From contig JBMFRX010000001.1 of assembly GCA_049967855.1 (NCBI GenBank), positions 64,001 through 128,000 on the forward strand: a DNA stretch of 64,000 nucleotides. Direction: 5' to 3'. The notes below the pieces were generated by a model that was not told where the DNA came from, searched no databases, and saw only the letters and a list, made by a program, of their open reading frames with translations. Below are positions 19,448-29,711 of the stretch, piece after piece (the stretch's first letter is position 1; every line of letters starts with the position of its first letter). Position numbers and translations under genes: made by a program. This DNA comes from Caldisericaceae bacterium (GTDB lineage Bacteria; Caldisericota; Caldisericia; Caldisericales; Caldisericaceae).

Positions 19448-20470
19448 GTGAAAACAGAGGAATTTGTAGCGCTTAATTTGCTGAGATTTACCGCAAAAGA
19501 CAATCGCATTGCCAGTATGATTAACTCATTTGAGAACAAGAAGACATTTGAACCTGATTTTACTGCTGATGAAATGGCAAGTGCCAGAAAAGAGATTGCT
19601 TCTGCACTCAATCTTGGAGTAGAAATTATTCCTTATGATGACGATGGTTTTCCTTCTCAACTTAGAGACATAAAGGAATCTCCTTTGGTAATTTACATCA
19701 AAGGGTCACTTGAAAAAACGGATTCTTTCTCGGTAAGTATCGTTGGCTCAAGAAAATGCACTGAGTATGGAAAAGCCGTGGCAAGGGAGCTTTCAAAAAA
19801 ACTCGCTCAGCTTGGAATCGCTGTTGTCAGTGGACTTGCTTATGGGATAGACAGCGAGGCTCACAAGGGAGCTCTCAGCGTCAATGGTAGAACGGTGGCT
19901 GTTCTTGGGTCGGGAGTTGATGTTGTTTATCCAAGGGAGAACAGGTTTCTTTATGATGAAATAGTCGAAAAAGGTGCAGTTATTTCGGAGTTTCCGCTCG
20001 GAACGAAGGCTTTGAAATTTAATTTTCCTTTTAGAAATCGTATTATTAGTGGTCTTTCACTTGCCACAATCGTTGTAGAGGCTCAGGAGAAGAGTGGCTC
20101 TCTTATTACAGCAAACTATGCTCTGGAGCAGTCGAGAGAAGTTTTTGCAGTGCCAGGTAATATCACGAGCAGTTGTAGCAAGGGAACAAACCTTTTGATT
20201 AGAGATGGAGCTATTCCATTGCTTTCTTATGAGGATGTGCTCTACAATGTTAAAGAATTTCAATCTATTGCTCACAGTGCAAATAGTGGCAGACAGCTTT
20301 CGGAAGTTGAAGAGGCAATTCTTAAGAGTCTCGACAATTCTTCTGACACGCTCGAGACAATTGCCGAATCATTGAAGATGGACCCATTGAGAGTCCTTGA
20401 GATACTCACAGTTTTGGAAATGAAAGGTTTGATACTACGTTCAGGAGGACGTTTTATTAAGTCATCGTGA
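19448..20470 (+). CDS. dprA: DNA-processing protein DprA (Smf)
   Basis: SIVGSR, VVSGLAYGIDSEAH, FPFRNRIISGLS, SGSLITA; GTG start at 19448 inferred. Confidence 0.95.
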   Translation: MKTEEFVALNLLRFTAKDNRIASMINSFENKKTFEPDFTADEMASARKEIASALNLGVEIIPYDDDGFPSQLRDIKESPLVIYIKGSLEKTDSFSVSIVGSRKCTEYGKAVARELSKKLAQLGIAVVSGLAYGIDSEAHKGALSVNGRTVAVLGSGVDVVYPRENRFLYDEIVEKGAVISEFPLGTKALKFNFPFRNRIISGLSLATIVVEAQEKSGSLITANYALEQSREVFAVPGNITSSCSKGTNLLIRDGAIPLLSYEDVLYNVKEFQSIAHSANSGRQLSEVEEAILKSLDNSSDTLETIAESLKMDPLRVLEILTVLEMKGLILRSGGRFIKSS

Positions 20471-21747
20471 AAGTGACAATCATAGGAGGAGGACTCGCTG
20501 GTAGCGAAGCCGCACTCCAAATTGCAAAAAGAGGTGTTGATGTCATCCTCTACGAAATGAGGCCTTTGACTATGACTGAAGCTCACAAGACAGGTCTTTG
20601 TGCAGAGCTTGTGTGCAGTAATTCTCTTGGCTCAATGTCATTAGAGGACGGAAGAGGACTTTTAAAAGAGGAGTCTTTATCACTTGGTTCCGAGCTTTTA
20701 AGGATAGCTTCTGAAACCAGCATACCTGCAGGAAAGGCACTTGCCGTTGACAGGGTAAAGTTTTCTTTAGAGGTAGAAAAAGCTTTGCAATCTAATTCTC
20801 ACATTAAACTTGTACGGGAAAAAGTTGATAAAATTGATTGGGAAGGAGTTGTTGTTGTCGCAACAGGTCCACTTACAACAGAAAGTCTTCTTAGGCAAAT
20901 TTCCGATGAGTTTGGAAGCGACAACCTTTTCTTTTACGATGCTATTTCTCCGATAGTTTTGAAAGAGTCGATAGACCTTGGAGCAGTTTTCTATGGCGGT
21001 AGATATGGCCAAACCAACGATTATATAAATGCCCCAATGAACGAGAGTGAGTACAAAGTTTTCTATGAGGAGTTGATTAATGCGAATCGGCATATGCCGC
21101 ACGATTTTGACAAGCAGTACTTCGAAGCGTGCCTTCCAATTGAGGAAATTGCCTATAGAGGATTTGATTCAATGAGATATGGACCTTTGACTCCAAGGGG
21201 ATTTGAAGGGAAATACTATGCTATCGTACAGTTGAGGCGCGAAAACATCGAAGATACTATGTACGAACTTGTTGGCTTTCAAACTGCTCTGACGTATCCT
21301 GAGCAAAAGAGAGTTTTCAGCCTAATCCCAGGACTTTCAAAAGCAGAGTTTACACGGTACGGGTCAATTCATAAGAACACTTTTATCAAAAGTTCACAGA
21401 TTTTGCTACCCACACTGCAAACAAGGAAAAGACAAAATGTCCTTTTTGCTGGTCAGCTCAGTGGAGTTGAAGGGTATGTTGAGTCCATAACTACGGGCTT
21501 GTTTGCTGGAATAAATGCATCAAGATTGGCTACAGGTCGTGAGCCTTTCGAGTTTCCAAGAGGAACGATGCTTGGCTCACTAATTAACTTTGTAGTTAAC
21601 AATGATCTTTCTCGCCCACAACCTATGAGAGCAAACTTTGGATTGATGCCAAAAGAATTTTTTGATTTACCCAAGCGTGAAAGGAAGTCTGCTTTCATAG
21701 AAAACAGCAAAGAGGAAATTGCAAGGCTTCTTAATGAGTATGTCTGA
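20467..21747 (+). CDS. trmFO: FADH2-dependent tRNA (uracil-54) methyltransferase
   Basis: GGGLAGSEAA, ELVCSNS, FYDAISPI, AGQLSGVEGY. Confidence 0.95.
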   Translation: MKVTIIGGGLAGSEAALQIAKRGVDVILYEMRPLTMTEAHKTGLCAELVCSNSLGSMSLEDGRGLLKEESLSLGSELLRIASETSIPAGKALAVDRVKFSLEVEKALQSNSHIKLVREKVDKIDWEGVVVVATGPLTTESLLRQISDEFGSDNLFFYDAISPIVLKESIDLGAVFYGGRYGQTNDYINAPMNESEYKVFYEELINANRHMPHDFDKQYFEACLPIEEIAYRGFDSMRYGPLTPRGFEGKYYAIVQLRRENIEDTMYELVGFQTALTYPEQKRVFSLIPGLSKAEFTRYGSIHKNTFIKSSQILLPTLQTRKRQNVLFAGQLSGVEGYVESITTGLFAGINASRLATGREPFEFPRGTMLGSLINFVVNNDLSRPQPMRANFGLMPKEFFDLPKRERKSAFIENSKEEIARLLNEYV

Positions 21748-22618
21748 TATTGAAGTAATCTCGAAATTATACAGGCTTTTATCTCCGTGTTATCTTTGCC
21801 CTCTTAATTGCGGTGCATCAAGAATGAAAGGGGAATTAGGAGCTTGCAACTCAGGGGTGGAAATCCGTATTTCTTCATATGTTCTTTACAAAGGCGAAGA
21901 GCCTCCCATCTCTGGAAAGAACGGGTCTGGAGCGATTTTCTTCAGCAATTGCAACCTGAAGTGCGTTTACTGCCAGAATTACAACTTTAGTCAGCTAGGA
22001 GGAGGGTATAATATATCCTTAACGAAACTCTCTTCTATTATGCTGGGTTTGCAGCAAAAAGGAGCATCCAACATCAATCTGATTACTGCAACTCAATATC
22101 TTCCGCAGGCTGTCGGCGCTCTCAGGTTTGCGCGCTCAAAAGGACTTGCAATTCCAATAGTATTCAATACCAGTGGTTATGAATCGCAAAGCGTAATAAG
22201 CCTTCTCGAGAACTTTGTGGATATTTATCTTGTGGATTTCAGATACCCCTTGGACTCGCTTGGTAATAGGTATTCAGGAGTTGATTCCTACACAACTATT
22301 GCCCTTTCAGCAATCAGGGAAATGCTCAGGCAAAAACCCGATGTAAAGTTCGATGCTAAGGGGATAATGAAAGAAGGAGTTGTAATAAGAATACTGGTTT
22401 TTCCAAACGGATTAGATTATTTGAGACTTTCTCTGGAGATTCTTAAGAAGGAATTTGGGAAAGGTATTTACATCAGCCTTATGACTCAATACGTGCCTGT
22501 CTATAAGTCGAGTTTGTATCCTGAAATTTCTAGAAAGCTGACAAAAGATGAAATTAGAATGTCAATTAAAATTTTGAGAGATGCAGGGTTTAAAAATGGT
22601 TGGGTTCAGTATGACTAA
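21740..22618 (+). CDS. Radical SAM protein, PflX-like
   Basis: CYLCPLNC, GEEPPISG, CNLKCVYCQN; start uncertain. Confidence 0.85.
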   Translation: MSDIEVISKLYRLLSPCYLCPLNCGASRMKGELGACNSGVEIRISSYVLYKGEEPPISGKNGSGAIFFSNCNLKCVYCQNYNFSQLGGGYNISLTKLSSIMLGLQQKGASNINLITATQYLPQAVGALRFARSKGLAIPIVFNTSGYESQSVISLLENFVDIYLVDFRYPLDSLGNRYSGVDSYTTIALSAIREMLRQKPDVKFDAKGIMKEGVVIRILVFPNGLDYLRLSLEILKKEFGKGIYISLMTQYVPVYKSSLYPEISRKLTKDEIRMSIKILRDAGFKNGWVQYD

Positions 22619-23247
22619 GAAGGTTTTGAGGAAGTTCTTAGAATTGATTTTATCTTGGCTACAATTATGTCCATTGCGATTTCATTTTTTCCGCCGCGAG
22701 GTATTATGATGTCCGCAAATTGTTTGGTTGGCTCAACAAATTGTATATGCATTGGTCTTACGGTGTTCAGATATTGGTCAATAACAGAGTCAAGGCTTCT
22801 CCCTCTTTTTTGAACATCTCTTTTTATTCTTCTTATTATCCTCACGTCTGCATCTGCATCGACGAATATTTTAATTGAAAAGAAGCTACGCAGTTCGTCA
22901 TAGTAGAACAGAAGTATGCCTTCAACGATAATAATTGGTCTTGGATGGACTACTTCAAACTGTCCCGTACGCTCGTATTTCTCAAAAGAATATATTGGGA
23001 CTTTTATCGAATTGCCTTTTCTTAATTCTGCAAGGTGCGAGCAAAGCAGTTCAAAGTCGAAAATAGATGGATGGTCATAATTAAGCTTCTTTCGCTCGTC
23101 AAGGGTGAGATTTTGGAAATCCTTGTAGTAAGAATCCATAGAGATTATTGCAGTTTCAGTATCTTTGAAGTTTTTTCGAATGATTTGAGCAACGGTTGTT
23201 TTACCGCTGCCAGTTCCTCCTGCAATTCCTATGAATGTCGGTTTCAT
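22615..23247 (-). CDS. udk: Uridine kinase
   Basis: GIAGGTGSGKTT, NYDHP, VEGIL, RDVQKRGR. Confidence 0.95.
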   Translation of the reverse strand: MKPTFIGIAGGTGSGKTTVAQIIRKNFKDTETAIISMDSYYKDFQNLTLDERKKLNYDHPSIFDFELLCSHLAELRKGNSIKVPIYSFEKYERTGQFEVVHPRPIIIVEGILLFYYDELRSFFSIKIFVDADADVRIIRRIKRDVQKRGRSLDSVIDQYLNTVRPMHIQFVEPTKQFADIIIPRGGKNEIAMDIIVAKIKSILRTSSKPS

Positions 23248-23249
23248 AA

Positions 23250-23828
23250 CTATACCTTAGCGACCACAAGTTTAGTAATAGCCTTCAAAGATTCAATTAC
23301 GTTGATACCATTTTCAGCTATTGCTTCGTAATATTCGTATTTGTTATTTTTGTTTAGTGTTGCCTGCAATTCTTCAACTGTCAGTATCTCCTGTAAATCT
23401 CTTTTGTTATACTGCAGAATAAGAGGCATTGATTCAGGATCTTCTCCGAAGTTCACCAAGTTTTCAAACATATCCTCGAGGCTTGCAATGTTTTCTTCTT
23501 CTTTTATCCTTTGAGAGTCCGCTACAAAGACAATGCCATCAGTTGCCCTTAAAACTGATTTGCGTGTCAATTTGTAAATCTCTTGCCCAGGGACGGTATA
23601 AAGACTCAATCTTATCGTAAAGCCCTTGATGCTTCCAAGCTCCAAAGGGAGAAAGTCAAAAAAAAGAGTTCTCTCAGTTTCTGTTGCAATGCTTGTAAAA
23701 TCACCTTTAACTTTTTGAGGCAACAGGGTGTATATGTGGCGGAGATTTGTAGTTTTCCCACTCATTGCTGGACCATAGTATACTATTTTAAATGAGATTT
23801 CTCTCTTTGCAAAGTTCATCGTGCTCAT
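23250..23828 (-). CDS. mglA: MglA-family small Ras-like GTPase
   Basis: KIVYYGPAMSGKTTNL, TERTLFFDFL, YTVPGQ, QYNKRD. Confidence 0.93.
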   Translation of the reverse strand: MSTMNFAKREISFKIVYYGPAMSGKTTNLRHIYTLLPQKVKGDFTSIATETERTLFFDFLPLELGSIKGFTIRLSLYTVPGQEIYKLTRKSVLRATDGIVFVADSQRIKEEENIASLEDMFENLVNFGEDPESMPLILQYNKRDLQEILTVEELQATLNKNNKYEYYEAIAENGINVIESLKAITKLVVAKV

Positions 23829-23852
23829 TTTCGATATTCCTTTGCTTGAAAA

Positions 23853-24347
23853 TCAAAAGAGATTGTCTATATCTTCATTAAGGTTGCTATCTGATATTTT
23901 CTCTGGTGGTTTTTCGTTTATTGCTCTTTCTTCTGCCCTCGCAATTATTTCTTTTACGCTGTTTCCAATTTTCTTTGCCCAGAATCTAATAGCTCCTATG
24001 GGAGACCTATTGTCGAATATCATCGCAAGGAGCACGGTGTCAGTTACAAGTGATACGTGAATATTAGTTTCTTGTCCCTGGTGGAAGGTTACGGTGAACT
24101 CTCTTTCCCCAAGAATTCTTGCAAGTTCATTTGTTGCTGAAAAGACACCAGCAGCAAGAGCAGATACCGTAACTGCAACATCTGAAGTTATGTCGCCACT
24201 TTTAGCAAGCAACTCGCCACTTTTATTCAAAAGTACTATGTCTTTGGCTTCTGATTCTACAATATACTCTCCGAATAGCAAATCAATCTCTTTCAGTTCC
24301 TCTTCCGTTAACACAATTTGGATTTTCGAAAGTTTTCCTTCTTCCAT
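23853..24347 (-). CDS. mglB: MglB-family roadblock/LC7 protein (GAP)
   Basis: SALAAGVFSATNELARILGE.EF...FHQG; adjacent to mglA. Confidence 0.9.
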   Translation of the reverse strand: MEEGKLSKIQIVLTEEELKEIDLLFGEYIVESEAKDIVLLNKSGELLAKSGDITSDVAVTVSALAAGVFSATNELARILGEREFTVTFHQGQETNIHVSLVTDTVLLAMIFDNRSPIGAIRFWAKKIGNSVKEIIARAEERAINEKPPEKISDSNLNEDIDNLF

Positions 24348-24349
24348 TA

Positions 24350-24880
24350 TTATCCTCCTAATTTTACTAAGTTTTTTTCCAAAAGAACTTTAAGGGTTTT
24401 TATAAAAGAGATGAAACTCAAGTTTGTTTGTTCAATGATTTCCTCTGGAATCATCCCTTTTACAACCATAGAAAGTATCTTCCATTCTTCGTTTGAAACA
24501 TTCATATCTCCATTGAAAGTTGCCTGCGAGGTGCTTATCACTGTTTGTCTATTGAACAGCAACAGGATATCTTTGAGTTCTTCTCTCAGCATAATGCCGT
24601 CCATAATTATCGATGTAGCATCTGTTTTTATGGTCTGAGGCGGCATAATCAAATTCTGTTTGAAAATAAAATTTCCTTCAGTCTCTATGAAGACATCTTT
24701 GATTGCATCTTCACCGATTGAAAATGGCCCAAATGCATGGATAATCTTGCCGTTAACAAAGTAGATTCCGTACTCGCCCATTTTGCCAGTAATACCAAGT
24801 TTGCCACTCTTGTTTCCTGTAGAAATGGTCTGTATAACCTCTTCCAGTTTGAAGTCACTTAAATTTCCCTGCAGCGCCAT
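24350..24880 (-). CDS. DUF4388 (PatA_N-like) domain protein
   Basis: MALQGNLSDFKLEEVIQ...KSGKL...IYFVNGKIIHA...GEDA...EGNFIF. Confidence 0.85.
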   Translation of the reverse strand: MALQGNLSDFKLEEVIQTISTGNKSGKLGITGKMGEYGIYFVNGKIIHAFGPFSIGEDAIKDVFIETEGNFIFKQNLIMPPQTIKTDATSIIMDGIMLREELKDILLLFNRQTVISTSQATFNGDMNVSNEEWKILSMVVKGMIPEEIIEQTNLSFISFIKTLKVLLEKNLVKLGG

Positions 24881-24996
24881 CTTCCTTTTTTCCCTTGTTA
24901 TAATAATATATAAATTTTGTTTTTATGCAAATAGTTTTATAATAAATTAATAAGATTCTTTGCGAATTTATAAAATCAAAATGTAGGAGGAAGAAA

Positions 24997-26367
24997 ATGG
25001 AATTAAAGTACACAACTAAAAATGCTTGGGAAACCCTTGATAAGGAAAGTGTTTTCAAGTTTTCTGAAAAGTACAAACAGTTTATTTCAAAGGCAAAGAC
25101 AGAAAGAGAAGCAGTATCTGTGTTGAAGAAAGAGGCTGAAGATAATGGCTTTGTTGATTTGTTTGCCGCATCTAATCTGCCTGAAAAGTTTTTTGCAGTA
25201 AATGATCAAAAAAATATCTTTTTGTTTCGACAGGGAAAGAAAGACATTGAAAACGGAATTAACTTTGTGTTTGCGCATCTTGATTCACCAAGGATTGATA
25301 TCAAGCAAAATCCTTTGTATGAAGGGTTTGATATATCAATGCTTAGAACCCATTACTACGGAGGAGTAAAGAAGTATCAATGGGTATCAACCCCGCTTGC
25401 TTTACACGGAGTGGTTGTTTTGAAAGACGGCACAAAGCTTGAGTTAAACGTTGGTGAAGAGCAGAACGACCCTGTTTTTGTAATCTCGGACTTGCTTCCT
25501 CATCTTGCGAAGAAGCAAATGGAGCAAAATGCAAGGGAGTTTATTGCTGCCGAGGCACTTGACCCGATTGTTGGGACAATGCCTTTTGCAGATGACAAAG
25601 AAAAAGAACGGTTTAAGGTTAATGTGTTGAGTATCCTTAATGAAAAATACGGACTTGTCGAAGAGGATTTTCTTTCGTCAGAACTTACCCTTGTGCCAGC
25701 AGGAAGTGCCTATGATGTTGGATTCGACAGAAGTGCCCTTCTTGCTTACGGTCATGACGATAGAATTTGTTCTTACACAAGCGCAGAAGCTCTATTTGAT
25801 TTGGAACAAGGAGATAAAGCTGCTGCAGTGCTCCTGCTTGATAAAGAGGAAATCGGAAGCGACGGGAAAACTGGTGCTCAAAGTGATTTTCTTCAGTATG
25901 TGCTTGAGCACTACCTTGTGCTGAGTGGAAAAGACAGATCACTTTCGAGGGAAATTCTGTATCGCTCTTCTGCGATTTCAGCAGACGTGAATGCTGCTTT
26001 AGACCCACTGTATCGAGATGTCTTTGAGGAGCAGAACGCGGCAATTTTTGGCAGAGGAATAGCTGTCACCAAGGTTACAGGCTCTGGTGGAAAGTACGGT
26101 GCAAGTGATGCTTCTGCAGAGCTTGTTTTTGCTGTAAGGAAACTTCTAAACGATAATAAGGTTCCCTGGCAGATGGCAGAGCTTGGAAAAGTTGATGCAG
26201 GAGGTGGTGGGACTGTAGCCAAGTTTATGGCAATGAGAGGCATTTCCACTATAGATGCAGGCCCAGCTTTGCTTTCAATGCATGCTCCTTTTGAGATTGC
26301 ATCAAAGGCTGATACCTATTCATCTTATCTTGCATACAAGGCTTTTCTTGAGAAGTTCGCCTTTTGA
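24997..26367 (+). CDS. M18 family aminopeptidase
   Basis: AHLDSPR, HYYGGVKKYQW, GHDDR, DKEEIGS, SMHAPFE. Confidence 0.92.
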   Translation: MELKYTTKNAWETLDKESVFKFSEKYKQFISKAKTEREAVSVLKKEAEDNGFVDLFAASNLPEKFFAVNDQKNIFLFRQGKKDIENGINFVFAHLDSPRIDIKQNPLYEGFDISMLRTHYYGGVKKYQWVSTPLALHGVVVLKDGTKLELNVGEEQNDPVFVISDLLPHLAKKQMEQNAREFIAAEALDPIVGTMPFADDKEKERFKVNVLSILNEKYGLVEEDFLSSELTLVPAGSAYDVGFDRSALLAYGHDDRICSYTSAEALFDLEQGDKAAAVLLLDKEEIGSDGKTGAQSDFLQYVLEHYLVLSGKDRSLSREILYRSSAISADVNAALDPLYRDVFEEQNAAIFGRGIAVTKVTGSGGKYGASDASAELVFAVRKLLNDNKVPWQMAELGKVDAGGGGTVAKFMAMRGISTIDAGPALLSMHAPFEIASKADTYSSYLAYKAFLEKFAF

Positions 26368-26416
26368 GCCATACTTGATTAAAAAGAACAATTCTATATA
26401 ATTACTTGGATGAAAA

Positions 26417-26460
26417 TCCTTCCTCTTACGTAAACGTAAGAGGCAATAGACCATAAGGAG
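26417..26460 (+). promoter_or_regulatory. Putative S6:S18 ribosomal leader
   Basis: TCCTT anti-SD, CCTCTTACG-TAAA-CGTAAGAGG hairpin, AGACCA (CCR) loop, then AAGGAG; promoter TTGATT-N16-TATAAT at 26375-26402. Confidence 0.7.
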
Positions 26461-26469
26461 GTTTTATTA

Positions 26470-26814
26470 ATGGCTTATTATGAGATGTTGTACATTGTTT
26501 CTCAAGAGCTTCCAGATGAAGACAAGGAGAAGCTTATTGAGAAGCTAAAAGATTTTGTAGAGAAGAGCGGAGGAGCTATTGCAAGCGAATCCCGCTGGGG
26601 AACAAGAGGTCTTGCCTACCCTATAAAGAAACAAGACAAGGGCTACTACGTGCTTACATATCTTGACCTGCCAGAAAAGGCTCTTAAGGAGCTCAAGTAT
26701 TTTGTAAAAGTCAACGAAGGTTTTCTAAGGGCAATGATTCTCAAGAAGGAAAAACCTGAGCCCGAAATTGCCGAGGAAGAGGCAGTTGTGGTCAAGGAGG
26801 AAGTTAATGAGTGA
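26470..26814 (+). CDS. rpsF: 30S ribosomal protein S6
   Basis: YEMLYI, WGTRGLAYPIKK. Confidence 0.95.
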   Translation: MAYYEMLYIVSQELPDEDKEKLIEKLKDFVEKSGGAIASESRWGTRGLAYPIKKQDKGYYVLTYLDLPEKALKELKYFVKVNEGFLRAMILKKEKPEPEIAEEEAVVVKEEVNE

Positions 26815-27205
26815 TATAAACAGGATGTTCCTCTCTGGGCGATTAACAAAAGACCCTGATATTCGTTATACCCCTAATGGAAGCGAAGTTGCCACTATGA
26901 GTATTGCTGTAAACAGAAGCTTTAAGACTAAGGATAGCGAAGAATGGCAAGAGGAGACTTTTTTCATTAACATAATTACCTGGAATAGGCTTGCAGAAAG
27001 AGTTGAAAAGAACTTCAAGAAAGGAATGCCCATTATTGTTGAGGGAAGATTATCGATAAGAAGTTATGAAAAAGATGGCGTTAAGAAATATGTTACTGAA
27101 GTAAACGCTTATGATGTGAGACTTCTTCAATCAACAAATTCTAATCAGAGCGACGTAGAAGAGGTTCCAGTTGAGGAAACAGAACCGAATGTACCTTTCT
27201 CATAG
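26807..27205 (+). CDS. ssb: Single-stranded DNA-binding protein
   Basis: LSGRLTKDPDIRYT, VEGRL, acidic tail ending VPFS. Confidence 0.95.
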   Translation: MSDINRMFLSGRLTKDPDIRYTPNGSEVATMSIAVNRSFKTKDSEEWQEETFFINIITWNRLAERVEKNFKKGMPIIVEGRLSIRSYEKDGVKKYVTEVNAYDVRLLQSTNSNQSDVEEVPVEETEPNVPFS

Positions 27206-27218
27206 ACAGGAGGAATAA

Positions 27219-27470
27219 ATGGAATTTACAAAGAAACCACATAAGAAAACTGCTTTTTATAGACCACGTAAGAAAGTATGTGTTTTTTGCGCAAAAGGAG
27301 CTCCAGAGATAGATTACAAAGATATATCCAGGCTTTCGAAGTTTATAAGCGAGAAGGGGAAAATTCTTCCTCGTAGAGCTACTGGGCTTTGTGCAAAGCA
27401 TCAGAGGAGAGTTGCAATTGCTATAAAAAGAGCCAGAGAGATGGCACTTCTTCCTTATGTGAGAAGATGA
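27219..27470 (+). CDS. rpsR: 30S ribosomal protein S18 (Zn-binding type)
   Basis: [26 protein letters not shown]. Confidence 0.97.
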   Translation: MEFTKKPHKKTAFYRPRKKVCVFCAKGAPEIDYKDISRLSKFISEKGKILPRRATGLCAKHQRRVAIAIKRAREMALLPYVRR

Positions 27471-27913
27471 AGATAAAGGTAAAATTACTGAAAAACGTAA
27501 AAGGTTTAGGAAATGCAAAGAGCATAGTTTCTGTATCAAGGGGCTATGCTCTGAATTTTCTTATTCCTAATGGGCTTGCAGAGCAGGTATCAGATGAATT
27601 TGAAGAGACCTCGAAGCTTCGCGAGCAGGATATTGAGGAACGAAGGAAAAACACTGCAGAGAAAGAAAAGCAGATTCTTGAGTCAAAAGCTCTCGTATTC
27701 AAGGCAAAATCTGGAGAGCAAGATAAGATATTTGGTTCCATAACAAGCAACGAGCTGAGCGAGCGGATAAAATCTGTTTTTGGATTAGAGATAGATAGAA
27801 AAAAAATCGACCTTGAATCACCCATAAAACGTCTGGGTAAATACATTGTAAACATTAAATTGTATAAAACAATACAAGCAGATCTCAATGTTCTGGTAGT
27901 AAAAGAAGAATAA
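27467..27913 (+). CDS. rplI: 50S ribosomal protein L9
   Basis: [20 protein letters not shown]. Confidence 0.95.
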   Translation: MKIKVKLLKNVKGLGNAKSIVSVSRGYALNFLIPNGLAEQVSDEFEETSKLREQDIEERRKNTAEKEKQILESKALVFKAKSGEQDKIFGSITSNELSERIKSVFGLEIDRKKIDLESPIKRLGKYIVNIKLYKTIQADLNVLVVKEE

Positions 27914-27915
27914 AA

Positions 27916-29235
27916 ATGCCTGACGAAACTAATTTAAAATTACCCCCTTTCAGTATAGAAGCAGAGCAATCTGTTATCGGAGCAGTACTTATTGACCATG
28001 AGTCTGTTTTTAAGATTATCGACGAGATTAGACCCGAGGATTTTTATAGAGAAGAGCATCAATACATTATGCAAGCGATTTTTAAACTTGCATTATCCAG
28101 TAAACCAGTTGATATTGTTTCGGTAGCTGAGGAACTAAAGACACTTCAGAAGCTTGACTCCATAGGAGGCATCACTTATCTTGCAAGATTAGCAGATTCT
28201 GTACCTAACGCAGCAAACGCCGATTACTATGCAAAAATCGTAAAAACGAAGTCGCTTATGAGGATGCTAATCAGAGCAGGCGCAGAGATTTCTGAACTGG
28301 GTTTCAACGAGACTCTTGACATAAACGATCTTGTTGACCAGGCAGAGCAAAAGATATTTGCTATATCACAAAAGAAGTCGACTTCATACTTTGTCCTGTT
28401 GAGAGACGTACTCGGAGAGAGTTTTGCTGAAATTGAAACGCGTTTTAAGGAGAAAAGAGGAGTTGCAGGCTTACCCACAGGCTTCTCATCCCTTGACAAA
28501 ATAACAGGAGGATTTCAGAAATCTGATCTTATAATAATTGCAGCTCGTCCAAGCCTCGGTAAAACCTCTCTTGCTACTAACATTGCAGAGAACCTGGCAA
28601 TTCACGAGCACAAAAGTGTAGCAATTTTCAGCCTTGAAATGTCAAAAGAACAACTAATCGAAAGAATGCTATGCTCTCAGGCTAAGGTTGACTTAAAGAG
28701 GCTAAAGACAGGATTCTTAAGGGAAGAAGATTGGCCAAGATTGACAGATGCTTACAGTGAGCTTTATGATGCGCCTGTTTTTATAGATGACAGTCCTGAC
28801 TTGACTCTTGTTGATATCAGAACAAAGGCAAGACGTTTGAAGATGGAAGCAAATATCGATATGCTCATTGTTGATTACCTTCAGTTGATTCACTCCGACC
28901 AGAGAGTTGAAAATAGAGTGCTTGAGATTTCTCAAATAACAAGGAGTCTGAAAGGCCTTGCAAGGGAGCTCAATATCCCTGTCGTAGTTTTGTCTCAGCT
29001 CAGCAGAGCAGTTGATAGAAGGGAGGATAAAAGACCAATCCTTTCTGACCTTAGAGAGTCAGGGAGCATAGAGCAGGACGCAGATGTTGTTATGTTTCTA
29101 AATAGGCCTGATGAGGCAAAAAAGGAAAACATAGAAATAATTGTTGCAAAACAGCGTAATGGGCCGACAGACAGGTTTAATCTCCTTTTCCTTGAAGAGT
29201 TTACAAAATTTGTGGAAGTCCTTGAGGAAAATTAA
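27916..29235 (+). CDS. dnaB: Replicative DNA helicase
   Basis: AARPSLGKT, VDYLQL, SDLRESGSIEQDAD, KQRNGP. Confidence 0.97.
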   Translation: MPDETNLKLPPFSIEAEQSVIGAVLIDHESVFKIIDEIRPEDFYREEHQYIMQAIFKLALSSKPVDIVSVAEELKTLQKLDSIGGITYLARLADSVPNAANADYYAKIVKTKSLMRMLIRAGAEISELGFNETLDINDLVDQAEQKIFAISQKKSTSYFVLLRDVLGESFAEIETRFKEKRGVAGLPTGFSSLDKITGGFQKSDLIIIAARPSLGKTSLATNIAENLAIHEHKSVAIFSLEMSKEQLIERMLCSQAKVDLKRLKTGFLREEDWPRLTDAYSELYDAPVFIDDSPDLTLVDIRTKARRLKMEANIDMLIVDYLQLIHSDQRVENRVLEISQITRSLKGLARELNIPVVVLSQLSRAVDRREDKRPILSDLRESGSIEQDADVVMFLNRPDEAKKENIEIIVAKQRNGPTDRFNLLFLEEFTKFVEVLEEN

Positions 29236-29237
29236 TA

Positions 29238-29711
29238 ATGGCTTCAAAGACAGTATATACACAAAGCGAAGCCTCAACTGAGCAATTTGGCAAGAAACTT
29301 GCGCAGACTGTCATTTCAGGTGGTTTTAAGACTTTTTTGGTACTGTTGGAAGGGGAATTAGGCGCAGGTAAAACCGTGCTCACAAAAGGCATTGCTTTAG
29401 GACTTGGAAGTACTCAGATTACACAGAGCCCTACTTTTGTATTTCTAGCAGTTCACAGTGGAGGAGTTATGCCTCTCTACCATTTTGACCTTTACAGAAT
29501 AAAAGACCCTTCCGAGGTTGATGAGTTAGGGTTTTTTGAGTTTTTAACAAGAGAAGGGGTGCTTGTTGTCGAATGGGGAGAGCGCGTCGAGGATTTTTTG
29601 GACTACGATTTGAAAATAAATTTCAAGATAACCTCTCACAAAGCAAGGGAATTAAGAATGGAGTTTTGCAACCACCAACTTGAGGAAATCTATGAACGTA
29701 CTAATCTTTAA
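29238..29711 (+). CDS. tsaE: t6A biosynthesis ATPase
   Basis: GELGAGKT, SPTF, HFDLYR, VEW. Confidence 0.93.
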   Translation: MASKTVYTQSEASTEQFGKKLAQTVISGGFKTFLVLLEGELGAGKTVLTKGIALGLGSTQITQSPTFVFLAVHSGGVMPLYHFDLYRIKDPSEVDELGFFEFLTREGVLVVEWGERVEDFLDYDLKINFKITSHKARELRMEFCNHQLEEIYERTNL

